The notes: generated by a model not told the origin, from the sequence alone. Counted from the stretch's first letter, positions 9,484-20,127 are shown. The stretch is DNA of 64,000 bases from Flavobacterium sp. (GCF_040382755.1 NZ_JBEIET010000001.1:2396-66395), one strand, 5' to 3'. Program-made: numbers and translations.

Positions 9484-10245
9484 ATGTTTGGAATTTGTAA
9501 TTTAGGAATTGTACCCATACGAAGTGAAGCCAGCGATAAAAGCGAAATGGTTTCACAATTGCTATTTGGCGACACATTCAAGATTACAGAATCTACACCT
9601 AAGTGGACAAAAATTCAAACTACATTCGATACTTATGAAGGTTGGATAGATATCAAACAATTTCAAAAGATTACAGAAAACCAATACCTTATTTTAGAAA
9701 AATCAGAAACGGTTTTAAACGGCGAATTAATTGATTTTATTTCTTATGATTCGAATCAACTTATGCCTATTCCATTAGGTAGTAGCTTAAATTTTTTAGA
9801 TAATAACGAAATTAATACGTCGAATTATCAATTTGAAGGTCAAAAAGAATGCGGCATAAAATCCAAAGATAATATTCTAAAAACAGCTTATTTATATTTA
9901 AACGCGCCTTATTTATGGGGTGGAAAAACGCCTTTTGGAATTGATTGTTCAGGTTTTACACAAATGGTGTATAAACTTAACGGGTATACCCTTTCAAGAG
10001 ATGCCTCACAACAAGCAATTCAAGGAGAAGCATTAAGCTTTATTGAAGAAAGTGAGCCTGGAGATTTGGCTTTTTTTGATAACGATGAAGGAAATATAAT
10101 TCATGTTGGAATTATGATGGAGAACAATTATATCATTCACGCTTCAGGAAAAGTTAGAATTGACAGAATTGACCATTTAGGTATTTATAATGTAGATACA
10201 GGAAGACATACTCACAAACTAAGAGTGATTAAAAAAGTGATTTAA
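9484..10245 (+). CDS. C40 (NlpC/P60) family peptidoglycan peptidase with N-terminal SH3-like domains
   Basis: YLWGGKTPFGIDCSGFTQMVY supplies the catalytic Cys and IIHVGIMMENNYIIHASG the His. Confidence 0.88.
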   Translation: MFGICNLGIVPIRSEASDKSEMVSQLLFGDTFKITESTPKWTKIQTTFDTYEGWIDIKQFQKITENQYLILEKSETVLNGELIDFISYDSNQLMPIPLGSSLNFLDNNEINTSNYQFEGQKECGIKSKDNILKTAYLYLNAPYLWGGKTPFGIDCSGFTQMVYKLNGYTLSRDASQQAIQGEALSFIEESEPGDLAFFDNDEGNIIHVGIMMENNYIIHASGKVRIDRIDHLGIYNVDTGRHTHKLRVIKKVI

Positions 10246-10246
10246 T

Positions 10247-10279
10247 AAAAAAGCCAGGACTAATATTCTGGCTTTTTTA
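10247..10279. terminator. bidirectional rho-independent terminator (C40 peptidase / kup)
   Basis: AAAAAAGCCAGGA-CTAATA-TTCTGGCTTTTTT: the hairpin is flanked by an A-run and a T-run. Confidence 0.8.
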
Positions 10280-10281
10280 TT

Positions 10282-12240
10282 TTAATCTATTCTTGTTAAT
10301 TTTAATGCTTTCGTCTCTGAAATTTTTAACGGAAACTTCTCAATAGTAACCGAACCTGGATCTAAACCAAATGCTTTTTCTTCCGATAAGCCTAATTTTT
10401 TCAATACATTATAGCCGTCTAAAATCAGTTTTTCATAGAAAGGCAAAGCATTGTCATACGACATGAATTTTTCTATTAATACAAATCTGAAATCGCTAAT
10501 AATTTTATGTTTATGCAAAGAAGTATATCTACTTATTAAATCTACTTCTCCCCTTTTTTGCATGTCTTTTACAACTTGAGCAAACATTTTATTGAATTTT
10601 GGTGCAACTCTAAATCCTAATCTAAAATCGACACGGATAACATCATCATGAATAAATTCGCAAACTCTGTATTCCATTGTATACGGTTCATCTACAACAT
10701 GTACGTGAGCAAACCAATAAATATCAGCACGTTTCGGACTATTATTAATAATAGAGTAAATAATTTTAGATTCAATTTCGTATCGGTTATCCGCACTTGT
10801 TAAATACACTAAATTTGTAGCGTATTTTGCAATAGATTCATCTCTACTTAAATCTTCTAAAACAGGTAAATATTTATCTAATTTCACAAATTCTACAAAT
10901 CTGTTTCTAATTTTTCTTGCAAAATACCAACATGTCATTACGGCAAATAATACAAATGCAATAATTAAAGTAATGTATCCACCTTCGCCAAATTTATGCA
11001 TACAAGCATATAAGAAGGCCAATTCTATAATTAAATACGTGATTACAATTACCCAAATAAAGGTTCTATTATATCTTTTAATTATCATATAAAAATTCAG
11101 CAATGTGGTTGTCATTAACATCGTTAAAACAATTGCCAAACCATATGCCGCTTCCATTGCAGCCGCTTTTTCAAAGTAAAGTACAATAAAAATACAACCT
11201 GCCCATAGTAACCAATTTAAAGACGGAATATATAATTGTCCGCGTAATTCTGTTGGATATTTTATTTTAACTTTTGGCCAAAAATTCAAACGAATGGCTT
11301 CATTAATTAAAGTAAATGATCCACTAATCAATGCTTGTGACGCTACAATTGCTGCTAAAGTAGCTATTGCAATTCCGAAAGGTAAAAACCATTCTGGCAT
11401 TACTCCGTAAAAAGGATTTGTAATTCCAGCTTGTACTAAAGTTTGACCATCATGCTGAATTAACCAAGCGCCTTGACCTAAATAATTTAAAATTAAAGTT
11501 GCTTTTACAAAAATCCAACTAATTCTAATATTTTCTTTTCCACAATGTCCCAAATCTGAATACAAGGCCTCTGCCCCTGTTGTACATAAAAATACAGCAC
11601 CTAAATATAAATAACCTCCGTGAATTGAAAGAAGCTTATAAGCATAATACGGATTTAAAGCAGATAGAATATCAACATTATTAATCGTTTGGATTAAACC
11701 TAAACCACCAAGCATAGCAAACCATACGAACATTACAGGTCCAAAAAACTTCCCAATAAATTTAGTTCCAAACTGTTGTATAGCAAATAACAACGTCAGA
11801 ATTAAAATTACAATGTACATTATATATTTTTCTTCAAAACTTGGGTACATTGTCTTTACTCCTTCTATTGCTGATGAAACAGAAATGGGCGGTGTAATTA
11901 TACCATCCGCTAATAACGTACAACCTCCAATTATGGCAGGAAACAACAACCATTTAATTTTGGCTTTTCTAATTAAAGCGTATAACGAAAAGATACCACC
12001 TTCTCCATTATTATCCGCTCGAAGCGTTAGAATTACATATTTTATTGTGGTCTGAAGTGTTAATGTCCAAAAAATACAAGAAATAGCTCCTTTTATGATA
12101 TCTGAATCTATAGGATTTTTTCCAATAATTGCATTAAGAACATACAAAGGAGAAGTTCCAATATCTCCATAAATAATACCTAGCGTAACTAGTAAACCGG
12201 CTGCAGAAAGTTTGTGCAAGCCATGATGACCTTTTTCCAT
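10282..12240 (-). CDS. kup: KUP/HAK/KT family potassium transporter
   Basis: 652 aa, polytopic, with the N-terminal GIIYGDIGTSPLYV signature of Kup. Confidence 0.92.
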   Translation of the reverse strand: MEKGHHGLHKLSAAGLLVTLGIIYGDIGTSPLYVLNAIIGKNPIDSDIIKGAISCIFWTLTLQTTIKYVILTLRADNNGEGGIFSLYALIRKAKIKWLLFPAIIGGCTLLADGIITPPISVSSAIEGVKTMYPSFEEKYIMYIVILILTLLFAIQQFGTKFIGKFFGPVMFVWFAMLGGLGLIQTINNVDILSALNPYYAYKLLSIHGGYLYLGAVFLCTTGAEALYSDLGHCGKENIRISWIFVKATLILNYLGQGAWLIQHDGQTLVQAGITNPFYGVMPEWFLPFGIAIATLAAIVASQALISGSFTLINEAIRLNFWPKVKIKYPTELRGQLYIPSLNWLLWAGCIFIVLYFEKAAAMEAAYGLAIVLTMLMTTTLLNFYMIIKRYNRTFIWVIVITYLIIELAFLYACMHKFGEGGYITLIIAFVLFAVMTCWYFARKIRNRFVEFVKLDKYLPVLEDLSRDESIAKYATNLVYLTSADNRYEIESKIIYSIINNSPKRADIYWFAHVHVVDEPYTMEYRVCEFIHDDVIRVDFRLGFRVAPKFNKMFAQVVKDMQKRGEVDLISRYTSLHKHKIISDFRFVLIEKFMSYDNALPFYEKLILDGYNVLKKLGLSEEKAFGLDPGSVTIEKFPLKISETKALKLTRID

Positions 12241-12370
12241 TTTGATTTTTATAAAACGAAATACAAAATTACAAAAACAATATGTTTCAAATTGAATTTT
12301 AGGGAAAAATATTTTACCAATAAATTCTGTATGAAGTACAAAAATTACTTTTAAATTCTAATCAAATACT

Positions 12371-12378
12371 TATCTTTG
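12371..12378 (+). promoter_or_regulatory. candidate -7 promoter box TATCTTTG for pheT
   Basis: Exact TAnnTTTG match 24 nt upstream of the pheT ATG. Confidence 0.6.
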
Positions 12379-12401
12379 CAATCTTATTAAAATTTCGAAA
12401 C

Positions 12402-14831
12402 ATGCGTATTTCTTATAATTGGCTAAAACAATTTATTAAAATAGACTGGAAATCAGATGAAACAGCCGCTTTACTTACCGATTTAGGTTTAGAAGTTGAA
12501 GTTGTTGAAGCATTTGAAAGTGTTACCGGCGGCCTGAAAGGTATTGTAGTTGGACATGTATTAACTTGTGAAAAACATCCTGATGCCGATAAGTTAAAAA
12601 TTACAACCGTAGATTTAGGTGACGGAAATCCACCAGTACAAATAGTTTGTGGAGCCAGCAATGTTGCGGCAGGTCAAAAAGTACCTGTAGCTACTATTGG
12701 AACAAAATTATATGATAAAGAAGGAAACGCTTTTGAAATAAAGAAAGGAAAAATTAGAGGGCAAGAAAGCCACGGAATGATTTGTGCCGAAGACGAAATA
12801 GGTTTAGGCACTAGTCATGATGGAATTATGATTTTAGCTGATGATTTAAAACCAGGAACTCCAGCAAGTAAAGTTTTTAACATTGAAGTAGATGAAGTTT
12901 TTGAAATTGGATTAACTCCAAATCGTGCAGATGCCATGAGTCATATGGGAGTTGCTCGTGATTTAAAAGCAGGTTTATTACAATCAAACGTAACTACTGA
13001 ATTTATTACACCTTCTGTAAGTAAATTTAAAGTAGATAAAAGAACCTTAAAAATAGATGTAAAAGTTGAAGATGTTAAATTAGCGCCTCGATATGCTGGT
13101 GTAACTATTTCAGGAATTACAGTAAAACCTTCACCAAGTTGGTTACAAAACCGATTAAAAGCAATTGGACTTACTCCAAAAAACAATATTGTTGACGTAA
13201 CAAATTATGTATTACACGAATTAGGGCAACCTTTACACGCTTTTGACGCCAATAAAATTAGTGGTAATAAAATTATTGTAAAAACAGTTTCAGCCGATAC
13301 AAAATTCACAACTTTAGATGGTATAGAGCGTGCATTACATGAGGAAGATTTAATGATTTGCGATGAATCTGGACCTATTTGTATGGCTGGTGTTTTTGGT
13401 GGTGCCAATTCTGGAGTAACGGAAACTACAACTAATATTTTCTTAGAAAGCGCTTATTTTAATCCTGTTTCTGTAAGAAAAACGGCAAAAAGACATACTT
13501 TATCAACGGATGCGTCATTCCGATTTGAAAGAGGAATTGATCCACAAATAACAGACTATGCGTTAAAACGTGCTGCTTTGTTAATCCAAGAAGTTGCAGG
13601 TGGCGAAATTACTTCAGATTTAATTGACATTTATCCTAAAAAGATAGAAGATTTTAATGTTTTTCTATCTTTTGAAAAAGTAAATAAACTTATTGGTGAA
13701 GAACTTAAAAAAGAAACCATTAAAAATATTTTAGCTTCATTAGATATTAAAATCAATAGTATTTCTGATGCTGGTTTAGGTTTAAATATTCCTCCGTACC
13801 GTGTAGATGTGCAAAGAGAAGTTGATGTTATTGAAGAAATTCTTAGAGTTTTTGGTTATAACAACATTAAAATCCCTAATAAAATTAATGCATCGGTTTC
13901 AAATTCTTCAAGAACAGAAGAATTTAAAGTGCAAAATATAATTGCTAATCAATTGTGTTCATTAGGATTTAATGAAATGATGGCCAATTCTTTAACAACT
14001 TCGAGTTACATCGCCTATTCAGAACAAATTCTTTCAGAGGAAACCGTTACGATGTTAAATCCATTAAGTAATGATTTATCTGTAATGCGTCAATCATTAT
14101 TGTTTTCAGCTTTAGAAGCGGTTTCTTATAATATTAATAGAAGAAATTCAGATTTAAAATTATTTGAATTTGGAAAAACATACCATAGTATAGAAGGAAA
14201 ATATTCAGAAAAAAAGCATTTGACCATTACAATGTCTGGAAATGCAACTTCTGAAAACTGGAATGTTGCTCAAAAACCAAGCGATTTCTTTTTATTTAAA
14301 GGATATATTACTGCTATTTTGTCAAAATTAAATATCGATACGAAAGTTAAAACGGTTCCTGTTACTCATGATGTTTTTGCTGAAGGAATGGGTTTCGCTA
14401 TTGGAAATGAAGTGATTGTCGAATTAGGAACCATTAAAAAATCAGTTTTAAAACAATTCGACATCAAACAAGATGTGTTTTATGGAGATGTAAATTGGGA
14501 TGCCATTCAAAAATATGTTTCAAATAAAATAAAATTAGTTGATATTCCTAAATTCCCAGAAGTAAGAAGAGATTTAGCGCTATTAGTAAATCAATCTGTA
14601 ACTTTTGAAGAGTTATATGTAATGGCAAAACAAACGGAAAAATCGTTATTGAAAAATATCAACTTATTTGATGTGTACGAAGGGAAAAACCTACCAGAAG
14701 GGAAAAAATCGTATGCCTTAAGTTTTGTTTTACAAGATACCTCAAACACACTAACAGATGTTCAGATTGATAAAATTATGAATAAATTACAAAGCAATTT
14801 CGAAACAAAATTTGAAGCGGTTTTAAGATAA
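12402..14831 (+). CDS. pheT: phenylalanine--tRNA ligase beta subunit
   Basis: 809 aa. It starts MRISYNWLKQFI, followed by the tRNA-binding domain (VVGHVLTCEKHPDADKL) and the B3/4, B5 and FDX-ACB regions. Confidence 0.95.
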   Translation: MRISYNWLKQFIKIDWKSDETAALLTDLGLEVEVVEAFESVTGGLKGIVVGHVLTCEKHPDADKLKITTVDLGDGNPPVQIVCGASNVAAGQKVPVATIGTKLYDKEGNAFEIKKGKIRGQESHGMICAEDEIGLGTSHDGIMILADDLKPGTPASKVFNIEVDEVFEIGLTPNRADAMSHMGVARDLKAGLLQSNVTTEFITPSVSKFKVDKRTLKIDVKVEDVKLAPRYAGVTISGITVKPSPSWLQNRLKAIGLTPKNNIVDVTNYVLHELGQPLHAFDANKISGNKIIVKTVSADTKFTTLDGIERALHEEDLMICDESGPICMAGVFGGANSGVTETTTNIFLESAYFNPVSVRKTAKRHTLSTDASFRFERGIDPQITDYALKRAALLIQEVAGGEITSDLIDIYPKKIEDFNVFLSFEKVNKLIGEELKKETIKNILASLDIKINSISDAGLGLNIPPYRVDVQREVDVIEEILRVFGYNNIKIPNKINASVSNSSRTEEFKVQNIIANQLCSLGFNEMMANSLTTSSYIAYSEQILSEETVTMLNPLSNDLSVMRQSLLFSALEAVSYNINRRNSDLKLFEFGKTYHSIEGKYSEKKHLTITMSGNATSENWNVAQKPSDFFLFKGYITAILSKLNIDTKVKTVPVTHDVFAEGMGFAIGNEVIVELGTIKKSVLKQFDIKQDVFYGDVNWDAIQKYVSNKIKLVDIPKFPEVRRDLALLVNQSVTFEELYVMAKQTEKSLLKNINLFDVYEGKNLPEGKKSYALSFVLQDTSNTLTDVQIDKIMNKLQSNFETKFEAVLR

Positions 14832-14852
14832 AATAATTATAATAGAATATAT

Positions 14853-14889
14853 AAATCCTTTTAATTTAAAACTTAAAAGGATTTTTTTT
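14853..14889 (+). terminator. rho-independent terminator of pheT
   Basis: ATCCTTTTAA (14855-14864) pairs with TTAAAAGGAT (14873-14882) and is followed by T8. Confidence 0.85.
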
Positions 14890-14903
14890 GTCCATTCTGA
14901 AAT

Positions 14904-14954
14904 TCTGAACTTGTTTCAGAATCTAAACAATATAGAATCTGAAACAAGTTCAGA
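14904..14954. repeat. perfect 17-bp inverted repeat TCTGAACTTGTTTCAGA / TCTGAAACAAGTTCAGA with 17-nt spacer
   Basis: The arms are at 14904-14920 and 14938-14954, and each arm is itself quasi-palindromic (TCTGAA...TTCAGA). It lies in the convergent intergenic region after the canonical pheT terminator. Confidence 0.85.
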
Positions 14955-15025
14955 TTGACAACTTATTATTTAATAATTTATTTTTGTGAAGCTCTGTACT
15001 TTCTCTGCGAATCTCAGCGTTATTT

Positions 15026-15655
15026 CTATTTTAAAAAACCTACCGCTTTTATTTCTTTATGAATTTGAAGAATATTTTCTGGTATTTCTGCCTCTAAAAT
15101 CCAGTTGATATCTAAACTGTTATAGTTTGCCGATTTTAAAAGCATCTTGTCCTTAGAAATATTGACTCCTAACCTATTCAAATCTTCTTTAAAATCCAAA
15201 AGAAAATCTTCGTGAAGTGCCTGATTTAAAAGTAAAATTTTAAAAGCTCGAACAATTACATAATTATAAAATTTAGTAGATTTTTGTGGTTTTGAATGTG
15301 TTAATGAAAAGGCATTTTGCTCAATAACTTCATTTAGCATTTGTAAATTCAAACTAATTTCTCCAAACTTATCTTTTGTAATTTTCACGTGATGCGAAAT
15401 TTTTCCGCTGATGTTACGCATTTCAATTGCTATATAATCTAATGAGTGAAAATTTTCAGAAAAACGATGAATTTGTTTAGAAATATTTATTTCCATTATT
15501 TTTCGTTTGTCTTCTATAGAATCGGTGTCTACCAACTCAAAATATAATTTTTCTGCTAAATCCAAATCTCGTCGTAACAATCTTAAAATAAGTTTGTCTT
15601 TCTCCTTTTCTGGTAATTCTTGCAGTGCTCTTTTGAAGTCGATATCTTTAAACAT
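15026..15655 (-). CDS. hypothetical protein (about 209 aa, helical, K/E/L-rich)
   Basis: Long ORF in a coding-dense region. I chose the ATG at 15655 (MFKDIDFKRALQ) because the upstream ATG at 15691 sits inside the rpsA terminator hairpin. No family recognised. Confidence 0.55.
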   Translation of the reverse strand: MFKDIDFKRALQELPEKEKDKLILRLLRRDLDLAEKLYFELVDTDSIEDKRKIMEINISKQIHRFSENFHSLDYIAIEMRNISGKISHHVKITKDKFGEISLNLQMLNEVIEQNAFSLTHSKPQKSTKFYNYVIVRAFKILLLNQALHEDFLLDFKEDLNRLGVNISKDKMLLKSANYNSLDINWILEAEIPENILQIHKEIKAVGFLK

Positions 15656-15671
15656 AACGTTTGATTGTATT

Positions 15672-15710
15672 AATAAAAAAATCCCAACCATTTCTGATTG
15701 GGATTGTTTT
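15672..15710 (-). terminator. rho-independent terminator of rpsA
   Basis: The minus strand reads AAAAACAATCCCAATCAGAAATGGTTGGGATTTTTTTATT. The stem is AATCCCAA/TTGGGATT, followed by a T-run. Confidence 0.75.
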
Positions 15711-15727
15711 TGTATAAAATTAGAAAA

Positions 15728-17515
15728 TTATTTTTTCTCTGATTTTTCCATTTTTGCTTTTAACTCCATTAATGCATCGATATCTCCTAAAGTAGATTTT
15801 TCAGCATTGTTTGAAGATGAAGCTACATTGTTATTGCTAGATTCGTTTGAAGCAGCTTTGAAGTTTTTCTCTTCTTCTTCTCTGAAAGTAGCAGTATGTG
15901 AAGCAACAATTCTTTTGAATTCTTTGTTAAATTCGATAACTTTAAATTCAATTGAATCACCTTTTTTCAATTTTTTACCATCTTCTTTTTCTAAATGACG
16001 CGTTGGAACAAATCCTTGAACGTCTTCAGAAAATTCTACAGTAGCACCTTTATCAACAATTTCAGAAACAGTACCAGTGTGAACTGTACCTACTGCATAA
16101 GCAGCTTCGTGTTTGTCCCAAGGATTATCTAAAGTTTGTTTGTGACCTAAAGATAATTTACGAGCTTCAACATCTAATTCTAAAACTACAACATCTAATT
16201 TGTCACCAACGTTAACAAATTCTGATGGATGTTTGATTTTTTTAGTCCAAGATAAATCAGAAATATAAACTAAACCATCAATTCCTTCTTCTAATTCTAC
16301 GAAAATTCCGAAGTTAGTAAAGTTTCTTACAATTCCTGTATGTTTAGAACCTACTGGATATTTCTCAGTAATTCCTGTCCATGGATCTTGTGTCATTTGT
16401 TTAATACCTAATGACATTTTTCTATCATCTCTATCTAAAGTTAAGATAACTGCATCTACAGTATCACCAACTTTAACGAAATCTTGAGCAGAACGTAAAT
16501 GTGTAGACCAAGACATTTCAGAAACGTGAATTAATCCTTCAACTCCTTCAGCTACTTCAATGAAAGCACCGTAATCAGCTAAAACAACTACTTTACCTTT
16601 TACTTTGTCACCAACATTTAATTCAGCTGATAAAGCATCCCATGGATGAGCGTTTAATTGTTTTAAACCTAATTGAATTCTTGTTTTCTCGTCATCGAAA
16701 TCTAAAATTACAACATTTAATTTTTGATCTAATTCTAATACTTCGCTTGGATGATTGATACGAGACCAAGATAAGTCTGTAATATGGATTAATCCATCTA
16801 CACCACCTAAGTCAATGAACACACCATAAGAAGTAATGTTTTTAACTACACCTTCTAATACTTGTCCTTTTTCTAATTGACCGATGATTTCTTTTTTCTG
16901 AACTTCGATATCAGCTTCGATAAGCGCTTTATGAGAAACAACTACGTTTTTAAATTCGTGATTAATTTTCACAACTTTAAATTCCATAGTTTTGTTTACG
17001 TATTGATCGTAATCACGGATTGGTTTCACATCAATTTGAGAACCTGGTAAGAAAGCTTCAATACCAAATACATCAACAATCATTCCACCTTTAGTTCTAC
17101 ATTTAACAAAACCGTTAACAATTTCTCCAGTTTCGTTAGCAGAAATAACTCTATCCCATGCTTTGATTGTTCTTGCTTTTTTGTGAGATAATACTAATTG
17201 ACCTGTTTTATCCTCACGGATATCAATTAATACTTCCACTTTGTCACCCACTTTTAAAGATGGATTGTAACGGAATTCGTTTAAAGAAATAACTCCTTCA
17301 GATTTAGCGTTGATATCAACAATAACATCTCTGTCAGTGATTCTTACAACTACTCCTTCTACTACTTCTTCGTCAGAAGTTGAGATGAATGTTTTTGATA
17401 CTAAATCTTCAAATTCTTGAAGGTTACTTGCGTCAATAGGGTCAATTCCTTCAGCATAATTATGCCAGTTGAAATCTGCTAAAAACGACTCTTGGTCTTT
17501 GTTTAATTCAGACAT
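15728..17515 (-). CDS. rpsA: 30S ribosomal protein S1
   Basis: 595 aa with six S1 repeats (e.g. GVVVRITDRDVIVDI, GVVKNITSYGVFIDLGG, GIVRNFTNFGIFVELEEG). Confidence 0.95.
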   Translation of the reverse strand: MSELNKDQESFLADFNWHNYAEGIDPIDASNLQEFEDLVSKTFISTSDEEVVEGVVVRITDRDVIVDINAKSEGVISLNEFRYNPSLKVGDKVEVLIDIREDKTGQLVLSHKKARTIKAWDRVISANETGEIVNGFVKCRTKGGMIVDVFGIEAFLPGSQIDVKPIRDYDQYVNKTMEFKVVKINHEFKNVVVSHKALIEADIEVQKKEIIGQLEKGQVLEGVVKNITSYGVFIDLGGVDGLIHITDLSWSRINHPSEVLELDQKLNVVILDFDDEKTRIQLGLKQLNAHPWDALSAELNVGDKVKGKVVVLADYGAFIEVAEGVEGLIHVSEMSWSTHLRSAQDFVKVGDTVDAVILTLDRDDRKMSLGIKQMTQDPWTGITEKYPVGSKHTGIVRNFTNFGIFVELEEGIDGLVYISDLSWTKKIKHPSEFVNVGDKLDVVVLELDVEARKLSLGHKQTLDNPWDKHEAAYAVGTVHTGTVSEIVDKGATVEFSEDVQGFVPTRHLEKEDGKKLKKGDSIEFKVIEFNKEFKRIVASHTATFREEEEKNFKAASNESSNNNVASSSNNAEKSTLGDIDALMELKAKMEKSEKK

Positions 17516-17634
17516 GCGTGTTTAATTTGTATGTTGTGTTTTTTTTGAGTTTTATTGTGCAGGTTAAAACAACAACAGTGATTTACATAAATATTTGATT
17601 ACCAATTGAAAACTCTACTCCGCCAAAAGGTGTG

Positions 17635-17642
17635 CAAAGATA
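17635..17642 (-). promoter_or_regulatory. candidate -7 box TATCTTTG for rpsA (implies a leader of about 110 nt)
   Basis: CAAAGATA on the plus strand is an exact TAnnTTTG on the minus strand, upstream of rpsA. Confidence 0.55.
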
Positions 17643-17690
17643 CTATTTTTTTGATAAATACAAATAATTTGTAGGAAAAAGTGACTGCAA

Positions 17691-18233
17691 TTAAAACAAT
17701 ATTCCTAAAGAAAGTTGCACTACATTGTTTTTAATGTCTGAATTGGGTTGTAATTTTGTTAAGCCTACACAATATCTAGCTTGAGCAAAAATAGAATTCG
17801 TAATTTTCAATCCTAAACCTGCATTTGCTGAAGCATCAAATGTGTTGGATTTTTGAACATCAAAATTATTTTTTTCATTTAATAAGAAACCCACTTGTGG
17901 ACCCATATCTAGTGTTATGCTTTTAGAAAGGTGAATTTGGAGCATTGCAGGTATAACGATATATCCCAACTCATTTTTATAATCAGCAAGTGCTGTCTCG
18001 TACGAAGCTCCTTGAGTAGTATAAAGCAATTCCGGTTGAAATGACAAACCTTTTGTTAGCCCAATTTTCGCTACAATGCCCGCATGATAATTTACAATAG
18101 CATTTGTATTTATTTTTGAACCCGTAACATTTGCATAATTCGCACCAGCTTTTATACCAAATTGAACACTTTGTGAATGACTAATTTGAATAAAAAACAA
18201 AATAGCAAAACAATTTATAATGACTTTTTTCAT
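17691..18233 (-). CDS. outer-membrane beta-barrel (porin family) protein
   Basis: 180 aa with a signal peptide, alternating amphipathic beta-strand pattern and a C-terminal ...QLSLGILF aromatic terminus. Confidence 0.7.
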   Translation of the reverse strand: MKKVIINCFAILFFIQISHSQSVQFGIKAGANYANVTGSKINTNAIVNYHAGIVAKIGLTKGLSFQPELLYTTQGASYETALADYKNELGYIVIPAMLQIHLSKSITLDMGPQVGFLLNEKNNFDVQKSNTFDASANAGLGLKITNSIFAQARYCVGLTKLQPNSDIKNNVVQLSLGILF

Positions 18234-18271
18234 CTTTATTTAATTTTAAAATTATTTATTATTTTATAACA

Positions 18272-18961
18272 TTACTCTTCTAACTTCTCATTCACCAACT
18301 CCATCACCAATTCAAATTGTTCTTTTTTAGTCAAGTCTGAATTGTCAATTTCAATAGCATCTTCAGCTTTTACTAATGGTGAATCTTCTCTGTGCGTATC
18401 AATATAATCTCGTTCTTGAACGTTTTGAAGCACTTCTTCAAACGTTACCCGTTGCCCTTTTTCAAGTAATTCATCGAAACGGCGTTGGGCTTTGGTTTGT
18501 GAACTTGCAGTCATAAATAGTTTTAAATCGGCATTCGGAAAAACAACGGTTCCTATATCACGACCGTCCATAACGATACCATTATTTTGTCCCATTTTTT
18601 GTTGCTGTTCCACTAATTTAGATCGAACTTCAGATATTTCAGCAATTTTACTTACTAAACGTGAGACTTCAATAGTACGAATGGCTTGTTCAATGTTTTC
18701 ATTATTTAAAAACATTTCAGCAAATCCTAATGTTTCATTAAAATGAAATTGCAACGTAATATTTGAAAGATTTTTTATTAATTCTTCAGCATCTAAATGC
18801 GTATCAGTAACAAAATTATGTTGCATAGCAAAATACGTTACCGCACGATACATTGCACCGGTATCTACATAAATATAACCAAGTTCTTTAGCAATTTGTT
18901 TGGCTAATGTACTTTTTCCTGTCGACGAAAATCCGTCTATTGCTATGGTAATTTTTTTCAT
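18272..18961 (-). CDS. cmk: (d)CMP kinase
   Basis: 229 aa. The P-loop is IAIDGFSSTGKSTLAK, with YVDTGAMYRA and MDGRDIGTVVFP. Confidence 0.93.
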   Translation of the reverse strand: MKKITIAIDGFSSTGKSTLAKQIAKELGYIYVDTGAMYRAVTYFAMQHNFVTDTHLDAEELIKNLSNITLQFHFNETLGFAEMFLNNENIEQAIRTIEVSRLVSKIAEISEVRSKLVEQQQKMGQNNGIVMDGRDIGTVVFPNADLKLFMTASSQTKAQRRFDELLEKGQRVTFEEVLQNVQERDYIDTHREDSPLVKAEDAIEIDNSDLTKKEQFELVMELVNEKLEE

Positions 18962-19012
18962 ATTTTAAACATTTGTTTTCCCTTTGCCTTTTACCCAAAA
19001 CCTTTAACCCTA

Positions 19013-20029
19013 TTAATCTAGATTAATCATTAAACCAAAGATACTCGAATTTGCTGCAACCGTATAACGTGAATGTGAAAAATCAAATCGTACTTTATTA
19101 AATCGCAAACTAAAACCTGCTGAAATTCCAGAAAAATTTCTTTGATCTATAATATTTAATTCTTGTCCACGACGAAAATTATATCCTAAACGAATATTAA
19201 ACGCTTTTTCTGGAAATAACTCCGCTCCTAGTATTACGTGACGTAACGCATTATTAAAAAACGATACCTTTTCGCCTTCGGAAGAACCATCTAAACTACT
19301 TTTTGCTCTATTCGGATTTGCAAAAGCAATATTCCATTGTTGCAAATTCTCAAAAGTTAGGTGCCATCTAATAGGTACATTTTCAACTAACTGTGAAATT
19401 CCTGCTGTAATTTCAAAAGGCAGTTTTTCTCTCGTAGTTTCATAAGGCGTAATTTGATAACCAATATTTCTAAATGATAATCCGTAATTAATATCATTTT
19501 TATCATCAATATATAAAAATCCAATATCTGTCGCCACACCAAATGAATTATAAGATTCTAATGCTGACGTAATTAATTTTACATTAGTTCCTGCATAAAA
19601 ATTCGTCCATGGCAGATTATAAGAATACCCAAACGACAAAGCACCTTCTGATCCTGTAAAGCTGTTTGTAGTATTTCCTACTTCGTCATACCCATCAAAA
19701 TTTCCGTAGTTTACATAATTCGCACCAATATGAAAAGTTTGCACATGTCTGTCCCACGTATAAGCATAGTTTGCAGTACCATAGGTGACTTCACCAAAAT
19801 AATTACTATAACTGGTAGCCAATTGATTGTGCATTTTTGGGTTTATAGTTGCAGGATTGAAAATGGCTTGATTTACGTCGTAATCTACAATAGTTACCGT
19901 TTTTCCACCTAAAGCGGCTTGTCTTGGCGATTGAACTAAATTTAAAAACTGATATACCGACTGTCCTCCTACTTGTGCATAAATAGGCGAAACAAAGACA
20001 ATAAATATCGGTAAAAGTTTTCTTAGCAT
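19013..20029 (-). CDS. porQ: PorQ-like type IX secretion system outer-membrane protein
   Basis: 338 aa with a signal peptide. The N-terminal GGQSVYQFLNLVQSPRQAALGGK motif and beta-barrel pattern match what I recall for Flavobacteriia PorQ. The family assignment is from memory only. Confidence 0.6.
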   Translation of the reverse strand: MLRKLLPIFIVFVSPIYAQVGGQSVYQFLNLVQSPRQAALGGKTVTIVDYDVNQAIFNPATINPKMHNQLATSYSNYFGEVTYGTANYAYTWDRHVQTFHIGANYVNYGNFDGYDEVGNTTNSFTGSEGALSFGYSYNLPWTNFYAGTNVKLITSALESYNSFGVATDIGFLYIDDKNDINYGLSFRNIGYQITPYETTREKLPFEITAGISQLVENVPIRWHLTFENLQQWNIAFANPNRAKSSLDGSSEGEKVSFFNNALRHVILGAELFPEKAFNIRLGYNFRRGQELNIIDQRNFSGISAGFSLRFNKVRFDFSHSRYTVAANSSIFGLMINLD

Positions 20030-20127
20030 GTTTCTGTTATTCTGTAATAACGCAGATGCGAAGATAAAATTATATATTAGAATGAGAAAATTTAGTTTTA
20101 GTTGTTTTTAAATTGCTATGTAAAGAA

